A stretch of DNA of 64,000 nucleotides from Lingula anatina (taxonomy: Eukaryota > Animalia > Brachiopoda): NCBI GenBank assembly GCA_051362555.1, contig CM120645.1, forward strand, positions 19,654,001 to 19,718,000. Direction: 5' to 3'. A program made the translations under genes and the position numbers. The number at the start of each line of letters is the position of its first letter. Positions within the stretch are counted from its first letter, which is position 1. The notes under the pieces are model-generated. The model saw only the letters and a list, made by a program, of their open reading frames with translations. It was not told the DNA's origin and searched no databases. Below, one piece after another: positions 24,888 to 37,857 of the stretch.

Positions 24888-27800
24888 TTATGCTGGCACA
24901 TTAGCAATTGCTGGTAATATCTCACAATAGATGTCTATTCCTCTTAGAAAGATGTTCTCATTCAGGAATTCATTGTGGTCATGAAGTAGGATAGGGGTGT
25001 TGTTCATTGGAGAGAAACCCAGAGCTGGAAGGCCTCCCTAAAATGAAGAATAATGAATCATTTACAAGAGCAGATTTAATGTGCTACAATTCAAAAGCAA
25101 AAACGATTATGACTGCAAAAACAAGATTCATAGAATTACAACAGAATTATGAGCAAGATGTTGCAAAATTCAAGCATGCAAATCAATCAACTATTGCTTT
25201 CTCTATTAAATTTTACACAGAAGATGATTAGCTTAAAAGGGACAAAAATCCCTGCATTTCTGGCATTTATAATTACATTTCTGGTTAAGACATTTCATTT
25301 CCAATTCTAAATGTCAATTTTTAATTCAATAAATGCATTCAACTTTCAAGATAACACTTATTCACTTATTCAGTTAAATCATTATTCTCTACAACATAGT
25401 TATCTATTTATTAGTATTTTTATTAAAATGATTTCTTACAGCTCTTATATATCTACTGTCTGTTGCAGCAGGAAAGACCTCAGTTTTAATCTGCAGTCCC
25501 CTGTAAAACCAAGCAAACAAAATCAATAAAAAGCACTATGGAATGTACTTGCAAAAAGCTTACTGCTCTTAGATAATTAATGTCACTTCCAGCAGGAAAT
25601 ACCTCAGCTTTTACTTGTAAGCTCCTAAAATGTACAGAGATATACAACTGTCATATGGAACACACCAAACTGTCATGTACAGCTAACACAATCTTTAATA
25701 TCAGCTAACACAATCAGCTGTCACACCTAACACAATCACTTAAAATAGCTAACACAACCATCACATTTGAGTCCATTAATAAAATTACAAAAAAACGCAA
25801 AAGACTTACAATGACAGAATTATTGATGACATTAAAGATTAAGAAGTGTAAATGTCATAAGAAAAATAATGGCTAATTCAGAATTTTTTCATGAAAAGTG
25901 TGTGTGGGAGTGTGTTGGTTTGAAAGGGATGGAGAGAGCAGATATGTTGTACTCAATGAAAACTAATACTCAAACTGTTCCCTACATGGAATCACAAGCA
26001 CCCTTGAAGGCCATCCACCATGGATTGGTGTCATCAGTGGAGGTGACAGCTTGGCACATGTTTTTCTGAAAATAAAAAGAAAGATTGCAAGTATATACTG
26101 GTATGTTTCAGTAACAAAGCAAGATACCTCGTGTTATCTACCAGTACTATCAGGGTACAGTTAAAATATCGAGAAGTGGGCAAGCAGGTTTTCTCTGGTC
26201 CTAATATGCCATTATAAACATGCAAGACTGCTGTGTTTGTTCTTCAGCATTAACCCGGAATGCTAAAAAAAAAATAATAAAATATATATAATTTACCTGT
26301 AAAAATTTCATTGTTATATTCTCTCCAGCTTCCTTCAACCATTGGTTAATTTCAGCCTCTAGTTCCGAGAGGTTTTGAGATGGCGTAATACGCATGTCAA
26401 AGGCTGAAATTAAATAAAACATACTTTTCAAAGTTTAAAATAATAAAAAAATGTGATGGTTTCTTTTCATGGAGAAAAAAAAATTCAATTTGTGTGCTTT
26501 TACATACATGAGTGATTGCTTTTAACACTTTACTGTAACAGTGCTTTTTTTTTTTTTTTTTTTTACATTAAGGAGAGCTTAAATCCTATAGCAAGTATTA
26601 GGGACCAAAAGGCTATATTTGATAAAAACAATACATTGTATATGTAACTAAGACAGACAGAACTGCCTGTAAAAGCCAATCTTGAAAGCCATAGTGAAAT
26701 ACAGACTTCATCAGATATGTAAGAAAAAGACAGAAACTGTCTATATTGAGTTTTATTGTGCTATAAATTTAGTCATATCTGAAACGGACTTGTGCTGAAG
26801 TAATTAAATTTAGTAACTCACTTGCTGTCATTTCTGATGGCACAACATTGGGTTGGACTCCACCCTAAATGAAATGAGACAAAACATTAAAGACAGACAG
26901 AAACAACATCATGATAACAGTTGCAATTATCAAAATATTACATACATTACCAATATTATTAATGACATTATTATCACCATTATCATTTCCACTAGTAAGA
27001 ATACAATCATTACAAAAATGTAAGTGCAGCACTTAATTGGATGACATCTGTTAATCTTATATTAGAGGAAACACATATTTCTAATTTTCTTTTGGTCAAC
27101 ATATACCATCCCTGGCATATTTCAGAAATTTACATTGCAGCATGAGACTGAAGTAGAGATATATAAATCAATAATTATTGATTATAACTTAGACACTGAG
27201 CAGTACTCACATGTGCTAGTGCTAGCAAAAATGTATAGATACAATAATACTAGTCTAAGCATTAATGTATATAACAGCAAAATAATGATAAATGTATGTA
27301 TCTAATGCAACTTCCCCCGAAAAAAAAGGGACTTGATGCAGTAATGAGAAAAATGTACAATTGGCAGAGGATTGTTGTTTCAATATCGCCAGTACAATGA
27401 CAGGTTTTTTCTCACAATTTATAAATTTTTTCTTCGTTGCAGCAAACCCTATCCAGGGTTTATTTACCTTAACAAGGGTAAAGTTCACGGTGTTCACACT
27501 CCCAATACCAATCTGAGGGTTAGATTTCAGACTGAAAGAGATTATCAAAGATTCTGTGTGCTTTATCATGAAAACTGTTGACTGTAAAGTTTCAATAAAA
27601 TTTAATATGCTGTAGTCCATACATCAGTAGTCTCAATATATATGTTACCCATTCATGAAGTCTACGTTCCCTCCCCCTTCTTACCCATATCCTTTTATAT
27701 TTTAACATAATCAAAACATTTGTATTGAATTATACTTGAATCTTTCTTTCTTTTCTACAAAATTTAAAGATGAATGTATACTAACATCTTTTCCTGCTGG

Positions 27801-28808
27801 GCTCGATAGTCCAGGAATGAATTGATCACCCTCCTCTAGAAATAGAAATGCTTCTTTGAAATCCAATTCAATTCAAAATTTTAGTGTTCACCAGTATAAA
27901 GTTCCCTCAAAACATGAAGTAGTTTTAATTATTTTGTTTTGAGACTGATAACCAATATACATATTTATTAGACAATTTCAAAGACACGTCAACTTCACTG
28001 GTTGTCCAGACTACAATTCTACACCAAACGTTTTTTATTATGGTGAGAAATGATGATGAATTTTGGTAAAAATGAAAAAAAGTACAGTTAAAACAGTCTA
28101 ACATGAAGCATAACCAACTGGCTGAATGCAGTCATCAATTTTGCACCAACTTAGAAAATGAATAAAATTTCATAGAAAACAAACCAGGGAGTCTCCTGGA
28201 GTTAGTATTCTTACCAGTTTCTCTGCCGCTGTATTCTCTATGAAGGCTGAGCCATGTCCTGGTTGTCCAGTGCAAGTAACCTGCATCCCTGCAACCACAT
28301 TGAAGTCAACATTAAGGCACAAATTAATAATAATCTTTAATGGAGAATCGCAACCCGAAGGTTGAAGTTATACAGTTATGTTATACAATTATGTATGAAT
28401 ATTCAAATCAAGGAAGCCTGGTCATTTTTGCACTGGTGCACTCCGTAGACGGTCTCACCTCCCTGGGGAGCATACAGCTGGGCTGCCATATTAGGCGCTC
28501 ATAGCTAATATATCATTTCTGCACTGCCTGACCAGGCCCCTGCTTCAACCCCTTAGTGCTGAGTGCCAAGCGGGAAGACAGCAGGTACCGTTTATAAAGG
28601 ACTGGTATGTCCCCGGAAGGGTTTTGAACCCACGTCCTCCCGCTCCGAAGGCGGACACTCTAACCACAAGGCCATCCGGTCGGTCAAAGCTGAATTGAAG
28701 CCCACAATTCAATATGTCTTTAATATGATAAACAGATCGATGGACATTTTGGTGGTTATGGATGCTCAAATAACAGTGATGATGGCAGTTACTTCTAACT
28801 AATGCACA

Positions 28809-28870
<62 letters not shown>

Positions 28871-29840
28871 AGGTGAAGTTGAAGCCTCATTCTGGGCATC
28901 TACAATCATAAGTAGGTGAGAAAACCCTAGAAGGATCACCACATTCTAAATGTAATATTACAATTTGCTGCATTAACTGAAACTCATTAAAAGGGTCAAC
29001 ATAAAAACATTGGGAACATGTCAGATTGTCAAATCCATTTCTGGTACTTAAACATGCCAACAAGCCTATAGCTGCCATACCTGTATTTCACATAATAGTG
29101 GCTCCTGCTTAAAGGGATAATAACTCTTCATTTTGGCCAAAAAATGAATTTTCCTGGAGTAAACAACAATTTTCCCATACTTACCAATGGTTAATGAATC
29201 CATTTTTACATTCAAAGTTAGTCCCTGGTTTTTTTCTAAAAAGTTTGGTTTTTTGTTAAAATCTCTTAAGAGATTATAACAGAGTATAGCCATCAATGGA
29301 GGTCACGTAATCCGAAGACAAGCTCAGATGTCAGAATAATAGCTATAACTGCTGTTTTTGTCGTAAAACAGAATATATTATATTTATATGAGTTATTCAC
29401 AATGTTTTTATTGTGAAATATAGATCTCATACGAAGAGTTATTATCCCTTTAAGTAGACACCTTTGCTTTAATAGAGCCCCTACCCTCACCCCCACCCCC
29501 CTCATTGGTAGGGGGTGAAAGTATGGTATGTTACTTACACCATGGTGCTCTTTCAGCATAGTAAACTTTGAAGTCTGGACCTTCATTTGCCAACCCTAAA
29601 ACAGTAATTCTATATCCAGTGACTGGATAATCAACAGTAAGATATCAAATATTAAATAACGTACATTATGACTATGTAATAAAATATCTTATGAAGAGCA
29701 TGTATTCATACATCTGTGAACACACTTAAACAATTGACTCATTAAAAATTTACAATTAAATAACTGAAAATCATCAATAAATAATCAATCACAAAATTAA
29801 TAAGAGAAACATTTTATAATGGTATCATGTCTATGCTTTC

Positions 29841-29904
<64 letters not shown>

Positions 29905-30981
29905 TACAAGCAGGAAAACACATGCACCACAATGTTATCATATTGCATACCTTCATCCATGGCAAAGGCCACGTTCAACTTCTTAAAATCTTCATGATCA
30001 ACAAAGAGCTCCATTCCTCTATGACCTCCTACCTCTTCATCTTATAATATAAAATATATATTAAATTTCAATTAAAAAAAAAAAAACAGAAAATATCAAG
30101 AATCTGTGACTTTGGGCAATTTTGTGCACTCCTCTACCTAGATTCTTTCATCTTTCTTAAAATTGGTTTAATTCTTCGTATCTAAAATGTGGGAGAAAAA
30201 GGACACTTATTCACTTGAATTAAGTATAAAACTCTTGGTATAGACAGCTTTGCTTTAATTGAATATGAATATGAGATCAGGTATCTATAATACAACTATT
30301 ATATAATAATACAAAGTTACATTTCAAACCAATTAATAATAATAAAATTCCTTAAACTCTTACCTGGCACAAATGAGATGTGAATGGTTCTCAGTAGTTT
30401 AACACCTTTGCTTTGAAGCTTTCTTATAGCTTCTAAGTACCTGTGCACAATAAACAGTGAAAACATGTGATGTAATGGTGTTCTGTGTGATATTGTGTTA
30501 GATGTGATGCAGCATTCATTGGTGTGGTTAGATGTGACATGGCACAAATGATAGTATGTAGAAAAATTGCTGAGAACTAATAAATTGTACTTTTCTACAA
30601 AAATATGAGAGAGAGAGAGAGAAAGAGAGAAGGAGATAAGGAAAAAGAATCAATATATAACATCCTGTGTTCTGTTAGCTAGATGTTAATCTGTATTGCA
30701 CTGATTGCCATATGCCCATGTGCAACTTGCACAGGATTCAGGTTAAATATTTAGTTTTGATTGTTGAGAGATAACTTACTGTATTCCAACACATTTCATG
30801 TCCTGAAAATAAATATATAAGTTCAGCATTGCATGAAATTTAAAATAACTAGATACTGTATATGGCCTTGCAAATCTCACTGAAATGGTTCAAATATCCT
30901 TCTCTTCTATTTGATTCTAAAAAGCTACAGTACTGCAAAAAAGGGCCATTTAGAGAATCAATACTCAGATATTTTGATGGC

Positions 30982-31030
<49 letters not shown>

Positions 31031-33462
31031 AGGGGGTAAGAAAAGAAAAAGCGACTCACTTGTGATCCTCTGGCATATATATTCCCATTGTCTTCTTTCA
31101 CTGCTTCAAATGGATCATATTTCCAGTGTTCCTGAATAAGGCATCATCAAAAAATCCACTTAAAGCATGATACATGTAAGTTACTAAATAGCATTTAACA
31201 AATGAAAACAATAATCTTGCCTGAAAAAGGTAACTGGACAGCCAAAAGTTAATAATCCTTAAGGGCCTAAAAATGAGACTGTCAACACTGCACAGGTGGC
31301 ATCAAATGAGACTAGAAAATGATAAGGGTGAAATTCTATGCACCCAGAATGTTGTCTGTCTTAGGCTCCATTCACATGCAATGTCTATTTTCTAAATTCT
31401 ATTTTCTATTCGCGGTATGTCTTATGATCACGGTCTGTGCCCTGAATATCCCGCGGCGTAATTACTGGCAGCGCGAGCCAGTTACTATAAGTTACTATAA
31501 GTAACTGGCTCGCGCTGCCAGTAATTACGCGGCGGGATATTCAGGGCACAGACCGTGATCATAAGATAGCGCGAATAGAAAATAGATTTTTAGAAAATAG
31601 ACATTCCATGTGAACGAAGCCTTAGAAAGCAATACAATAGTGACATGCAAAACAAACTGTTGTGCAATACACTGTAGTTCTAAAGAACTTATTAAGAGAA
31701 ATCAACCAGAAAAATATCCAGAGATAAATTTCTGTCAGTTTTTAACTATTGCTTAACTGCACTTGGTAGACTGCCATTATTTCTTACTCCACTCTCCTCC
31801 AAATTATAAATACATACAAAAAGAAAAAATAAAAACAAGCAAAAAGGTAAAACGGTTTTCCAACTAATCATGTTATCGGTGAAAGTGCAAGGCGACGGCA
31901 ACGACAGCAATGACAGACGCAGGTGACAGCTATATGTGCAGACACATCTGTGTCTGTACATAAAAAGGATTCAGGACTTAGATGCTGGGGGACATACACA
32001 TACTTACAGGGTAAACTGGCACCACATCCATATGTGAGTTGAGCAGAACAGTGGGGAGACTAGGGTCCACTCCAGTCCATGTCATAACTAAGATGGGGTT
32101 ACCTTGAACTATCTGGAAGTTGAATACTATCGGGTGTTAGACCCCATTTCCATAGATTAGATCGATCTACTTTAGATCGACTTAACTTCCTGGGGGTTCA
32201 CGCTAAATAGCTGTCAGCCGAGCAGACACGAAAGTTAATTACCCCCTTACAGCTTGTAGTAGGCGGGACGGACATTTAAGCCGGATTATCTGACAGTAAT
32301 CTAGTGAGACTCCCCGCGGGGATAGATCGATCTAAAAGCTCTGGGAATACAGCCTTAGATGAACCACAACAGTGACAGTGCTCTAGTAACAATAAGGGTT
32401 TCTTCAAAAACAGGATAAAATCAAGATATATTTCCAAGTGTGTGAAGTGGGCAACAAGTCATTCACAAATTACTAAACCTACTAGAGAAACATTCACTTG
32501 CAATTCTGCCAGGGACAAGAGAGACAGGGATAAGTAAAATATGCCCAATCTTCAAATGTGGATCCAAGAGAGAATATTTGTAAAACCCCTTTACACTGGA
32601 TGGCATCCTTTCTACATACTTTGTGTGACCATGAAACTGGCATCGCTGTGGTTGTAGAAAGGAGACACAAGCATTGCTTTGGTTGCAGAATGAATGCTCA
32701 ATGATTGGCCAGTTGTCAGCACGTCAATTTTTTTTTTTTTTTACTCTCAAACACAGCAGTACTGCGGGACGCATCCAAAGGATGCTGTCCAGTGTAAAGG
32801 GGTCTTTAATGGTAGGCCTATTGTAAATATAAAATCATCAAACAAGATTTGCAGTACCTCTGTCACATTTGTGGTAAGATTCAACTCCTTTGCATAATCC
32901 TGCAGAAATTTGATGGCCGGGCCTGAAAAGCACAGGACAGTACATTATTTTACTAACAATTCAATGCAGATATAAAGCTATTAAATTTTTTGATAATTTT
33001 GAAATTCTTGTACTAGTTAGTCAAACAATTGTATTTCTGAAACTCCTGTCAAATTAAGTAAAACAAACACATATATTACTACTGCGTGCATAATAATCTA
33101 TCAACATAAGCCAATTGTATCTCTCTCTTTCTACCTTTTCTTCCTCCTTCCATGCCCCTTCCCTCACTCCCCAATATAACAAATCCCTCTCTCCCATGAA
33201 CTCATCTCTCTCCAGTGTCTCTTTTTCTATTCTTTTTCTCTTTCCAATTCCTCTACTCCCTCTCTTTCCCCTCCAATTACCCCTCCCTCTCTTTCCCCTC
33301 CAATTACCCCTCCCTCTCTCCATCTCCCCAGCCATATGTCATAATCATACCATAATCAGGATCGGGTTGGACTGTGTTTATCCTCAGGTATTCCCTGAAC
33401 TTGCTCACTGCCCTGTCTTCTGTCTTTGCTTGTTTCACAGGAAGGCCATTTGACATTGACAT
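24888..33462 (-). CDS. ACY1: Aminoacylase-1 (M20A family), multi-exon
   Basis: Exons encode [113 protein letters not shown]...ANVPA*. Confidence 0.96.
25564..25624 (-). other. ACY1: Duplicated alternative penultimate exon of ACY1 ([20 protein letters not shown])
   Basis: 61 nt, flanked by ttttag and gtaagc. Same length and phase as the canonical exon 25500-25440 ([20 protein letters not shown]). Confidence 0.85.
28421..28685 (-). mobile_element. tRNA-derived SINE in an ACY1 intron
   Basis: The minus-strand head has A-box-like TGGCCTTGTGG and B-box-like GGTTCAAAACC, followed by a non-tRNA body. The 3' boundary is approximate. Confidence 0.75.
28813..28868. repeat. (CT)n microsatellite
   Basis: Direct read. 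Confidence 0.95.
29113..29449. mobile_element. Kolobok-like MITE (337 bp)
   Basis: TTAA flanks and TIR agggataataactcttc/gaagagttattatccct. A second copy lies at 45579-45916. Confidence 0.88.
29842..29900. repeat. (CA)n microsatellite
   Basis: Direct read. Other CA tracts lie at ~4545-4597, ~12250-12295 and ~21530-21592. Confidence 0.95.
31364..31621. mobile_element. Fully palindromic PIF/Harbinger-like MITE
   Basis: ~120-bp inverted arms, GGC...GCC termini, TTA TSD. A second copy lies at 58510-58766. Confidence 0.88.
32140..32354. mobile_element. Harbinger-like MITE (tagatcgatc family)
   Basis: TTA flanks, imperfect TIRs (ccatttccca/tgggaatac) and internal tagatcgatc inverted motifs. Relatives lie at 47479-47701, ~50700-50875, 53911-54170 and ~56512-56605. 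Confidence 0.6.
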
Positions 33463-35259
33463 GGTGCTGTAACCTGAGGGAAATATAGGATTGGTAAATA
33501 GAGAAAGCAAAAAACTGTCAAATGTACAGACATCACTCTCTTTTCTCTCAGCATGCTCTGCCATTTTCAATGTTATAGCAGTAGAATTCTAGGGGCTTCT
33601 GAAATTTCAGGGTTCATTAGTTCTGATCCTAGAATACAGTACACACTACTAGTAGCTAATTTTACAGTGTGTCAGTATACTTGATTATTAGTACATTAAC
33701 TCATGCAATAATTTTGCTTACAAATTAAGGTATACTATGACGCTGCTCTCATTCTCAAAAAGGGGGCCATGCATATGATACTCTGTGGAACCTCATGCCC
33801 TCCCCTCCAATCCACTCAAGATATTATGCATATATTCAACACATGTGGACCAATCTATCAATTCCCCAATTTGCCTTTTTTTTTTTTTTTTTATTAAAAT
33901 GAGCTTTTACAAGTGTGTTAATTATGGAATGTATTAAATTTTAACTTACATGTTAATTATATGGATGTTTATTGGCCAAATAAATCTTTTTCTTATCTTA
34001 CATATCCCAGTGTTATCTCACTGTGCATCACATGCTATATATGTAATTAATGATATAACTGCTTATTGTTTGAATATCATTTATTTACAATCCTGTCAGT
34101 GGCCAATTGCATTCGTACCTTCACAATGCCTCAACCCGAGATTCAGAGGTTCCTTAGAACCGACAGCTCATTTACTGGTAAGGACAGAGGTAAGGACACT
34201 GCATAGCGTTTCCGGTGACCTTTTTATTTATTTACCTCAGGGTGCAAGTCATTTATATCTCTCATACTTACTGCCACACACACACATGCTATTTATATGT
34301 ATACAGCTACATTTTAGGCATAGAAGTAGAGAAAATGATTTTAGGTTACTGTACACTCTCACGCTATCATTAACAGTATATAAACTTGATTCAAAGCAGC
34401 ACGAACAAATTTAAATGGCTATTAAAAGACACAATGTTTGGATAATAAAAAATAAAATGAAAACAAAAGTATTCGATCATGTCTTTCAGCCAGCATCTCC
34501 TGTTTATATGACAACTTGCCTGAAAAGCTAGTACAAACCCGTCGGCATGCACTTTGTGCGGGTTATATTATAAGTACCTGAGCATGTGAAGGCTAATACG
34601 TCAGTCGCTGAATTCGCTCTGAGGACCCTCCGTTGGTGCAGTTCTTTAAGAGTGAAACGGCTGGATATATGTCGCGTTGCCTGTGCGTGTGGGTGACGGA
34701 AGCGATAGCGAGTCGTCCAAATACCACAGCGCCAAGGGGCGCCGTAGATTACCGATAGCATATGCACACAGCTCGGACCTGGCGACAGGTAGGTGTTGCG
34801 TCACCCTAAGTTGATTTCTGGCCGATCTCGGTACAACACTGGTAGCAAAGTCCACTTTGGAGGAGAAGGGGGTGGGAACGTGTCTCTCTCAAGCTTTAAC
34901 TTCTTAATGACTCACCGGTTGCTTCTTATTTTATCATCATTTATATAAAATTAAAATATCTAGAAATTTACTTATACTCTAATTATGATGTGTTGTCGAT
35001 ATTTTGGGGAAAGTTCAGTCAATTTTTTCTAGCTTATAATAGCCGATCGACGGTTCTTACCTCCACATACAGGAGAGGTTGGATAAATAAACACACGTTG
35101 CACTTTGCCTGACTCACATCTATTTTTAACTTTCAGACCTCCACAACAGTGTCTCATCTGCTGCTGCCATCACCAATGTATGTCGTGTCATTATAAAACC
35201 TGCTGACAAACCAAACGTGGACATTTGATTAGCAGCTCTGTTTAAACTGTGCATGAACG

Positions 35260-37629
35260 ATGTCGATTTTGGACATTTGGTGGCTTCCTGATTGGATCCT
35301 GCTGCTTGTCGTGATCGCAGTCTTGACTGTCCTATATTCCCGCTACTTCGCCGATAACAGAGTGAAGTATGGTCTGCCTGGACCAGATCGGTGGCCACTG
35401 TTAGGACACTTGCCCCTTGGGTTCAAACTTGGCTTCCTTGAGTTCCACAAGCATCTTTCGAATAAATATGGTAAGGTAACACAGTTACTGCCCTGCCATT
35501 ACTGCACCGAGCATTGCTTCTAAAATTAGGATTCAGATTTACTTTTTAGATTAAGATTTTGTAAATATTATCAGATCATTGTTTGTGTTGTTAGTGTTTA
35601 TACTACAAGTAGGAAGTAATGTACAGCAATAGTGTCGTAAGATATTGATAAGCAGCCTTGACATAACTTAATTGGCACATGATTCTTCTCTTGATTTTGT
35701 AAATATTGTCAGATCATTGTTTGTGTTGTTAGTGTTTATACATGTACTACATGTAGGAAGTAATGAACAGCAACTGTGTGTGTTAAGATTTTGATTAATG
35801 GCCTTGACAAAACTTGTAACTTTATTCTCCTCTTGTTTTAATTGCTTCCATTCGGCCAAAAGTTACAGGGTTTCCTTAGCTAAACTGTCCACATAATAAT
35901 AACTGAATCCCTGGTAGAGGGTACTATTCTAGTACATATTTCTTATGTTAACTGATCTTACATGCTATCACAAGTTACCACATGCTGGACACAATTAACA
36001 CAATGTTTTCACAACTTAAATGATGATGACTGAACTAACAATATTTTCATAGCTTGTACAATGTTGCCACTGTGACAGTTTAATAATTTTTTTCATTACC
36101 TAGGTAAGATGGTTGCGTTGTCTCCTGGTAGCTTAGATGCAAGGTTTGGAACACTTATTATATCCGACCTGGACATGATCAAAGAGATCTTGGTCAAGCA
36201 GGGGAGCATCTTCACTGACAGAAATGTTGATGAAAAAACCCAGGTGAAGCCTTTGGACAAAACAATACTGAGTTTGAAAGGGGACCATTGGAAACAAGTC
36301 CGTGGCACAATGACACCAACATTCAGCTCTGGAAAATTGCGTCAAATGAATGGGCATATTGTGGATTGTGCAAAGACGACAGTGAAAAATCTTCAGGTTA
36401 TTGCCAAAAAGGGTGAAACCTTTGACATGCAGGAAATCTGGGGAGCCTTTGCCATGGATAGCATCTGCGCCACTGCTTTTGGAATCAAAGTTGACTCCCA
36501 GAACAACCCTGAGGAACCCTTTGTTGCCAATGCAAGACAGCTACAGAGTGCCAGTTTTGCAAACCCTTTTCTTCTCCTATTTATCCTTGTACCTCGCCTG
36601 ATGGTTTTGTGTGAGCCTCTCCTTCCATATCTCGTTGGAAACTTTATCAAGCCTATCCGTTTTTTTCAACATGCAACGGATGAACTTTATGATGAAGGTC
36701 AGAAGTCCAAAAATGGGAAGTCCATTGATTTTATCAACCTGATGCAGAAGGCCCATGAGCTTCATATGGATAATGATGAGCTGGCAGATGATGTGAAGGA
36801 GGTGGGGAAGTGGAAGAAGAGGGCCCTGACAAGGGATGAGATTGTGGCCAACGGAATGGTATTTTTCTTAGCAGGTTGGTGAAGTCATATTTGTTGATTC
36901 AGTCATTCAGTAATGCTCGTTTAGATCACCCATAGAAGAATTTTTGCACCTGATTAGATTGAAGTGTGATACCATTTTTTTGAAGTGTGACAAATAATTG
37001 CGAAAGTTAGTATAGTGCCAATGTTTAAAAATTATAAGTGTTTTTTTCCAGGCTTCCGTACCACTTCTGAAACACTGAGCTTCATGTGCTACAACTTGGC
37101 TATCTACCCTGAAATCCAGGAGAGACTGCAGAAGGAGATAGATGACACCCTCCAGGGAACAGACCCCAGCTACGACAACGTGGCCTCTCTGCAGTACCTG
37201 GACCAGGTGATGTCAGAGACCATGAGAATGTACCCTCTTGGCTTTGTGTTGGACCGCGTCCCAAACCAGGATACCACAGTGAAAGGTTTGTTCATCCCCA
37301 AAGGGACCTCAGTTATCGTCCCTGTCTATGCCATTCACCACGACCCAGAGCTGTACCCAGACCCTGAGAAGTTTGACCCGGAGAGATTCACCCCAGAGGC
37401 CAAGGCAAACAGGAATCCATACAGTTACATGCCATTTGGACTTGGACCACGGAATTGCATTGGAATGCGCCTGGCACTGCTGGAAATGAAAGTGGTGATA
37501 GTGAAGGTGCTCCAGAACCTCACTTTCAAATCTTGTGAGAAGACCCAGGTGCCAATGAAGTTTTTGAAAAGTCGCCCAATGAAACCCGAAAAAGGAATCT
37601 GGCTCAAAGTTGAGGAGAGATGCCAATGA
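35260..37629 (+). CDS. Cytochrome P450, clan-3-like, copy 1 (3 exons, 519 aa)
   Basis: Exons 35260-35470, 36104-36874 and 37052-37629 total 1560 nt. N-terminal TM anchor, PGP hinge, WKQVR, PTFSSGKL, ETMR, PERF, PFGLGPRNCIG; the I-helix reads AGFRTT. Confidence 0.95.
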
Positions 37630-37699
37630 GTGTAGGGGCACTTGTGGAGCTATGATTGTCTATTAATGACACTTTTGTTAAGCAAGGATGAGGCTCTAA

Positions 37700-37857
37700 C
37701 AGGGGCGGATCCAGAGATATTTTCTAACAGTCTTCCAAATTATCTTTGTCAATCCATTCTTCATTTTGACCATCTTCTGTTAGAAAAAAATTAGATGCCC
37801 ATCAATGTAAACTTGAAAACTTTACCATCTTCCAGAAACCCAGAAGATCCGCCCCTG
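37700..37857. mobile_element. Short hAT-like MITE in the P450 3' region
   Basis: TIR caggggcggatc/gatccgcccctg; absent at the equivalent position after P450 copies 2 and 3. No clean TSD. Confidence 0.6.

Noticed and set aside
28600-28685. tRNA gene
   Set aside because: It has A/B boxes but no convincing acceptor stem, and it continues into a SINE-like body.
33245-33320. 27-bp pyrimidine-rich tandem repeat and its ORFs (33054-33453)
   Set aside because: A low-complexity intronic minisatellite; the ORFs are artefacts.
33950-34414. 154-aa ORF between ACY1 and the P450
   Set aside because: No recognisable motifs and a composition typical of AT-rich non-coding DNA; probably a chance ORF.
36874-36882. 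P450 ORFs ending at AGW* as split or truncated genes
   Set aside because: This is read-through into intron 2; a phase-1 GT-AG splice joins exon 3 in frame.
36096-37641. Antisense ORFs over P450 exons (also 47752-49346 and 54403-55669)
   Set aside because: These are shadows of the GC-richer coding strand; their recurrence follows from paralogy.
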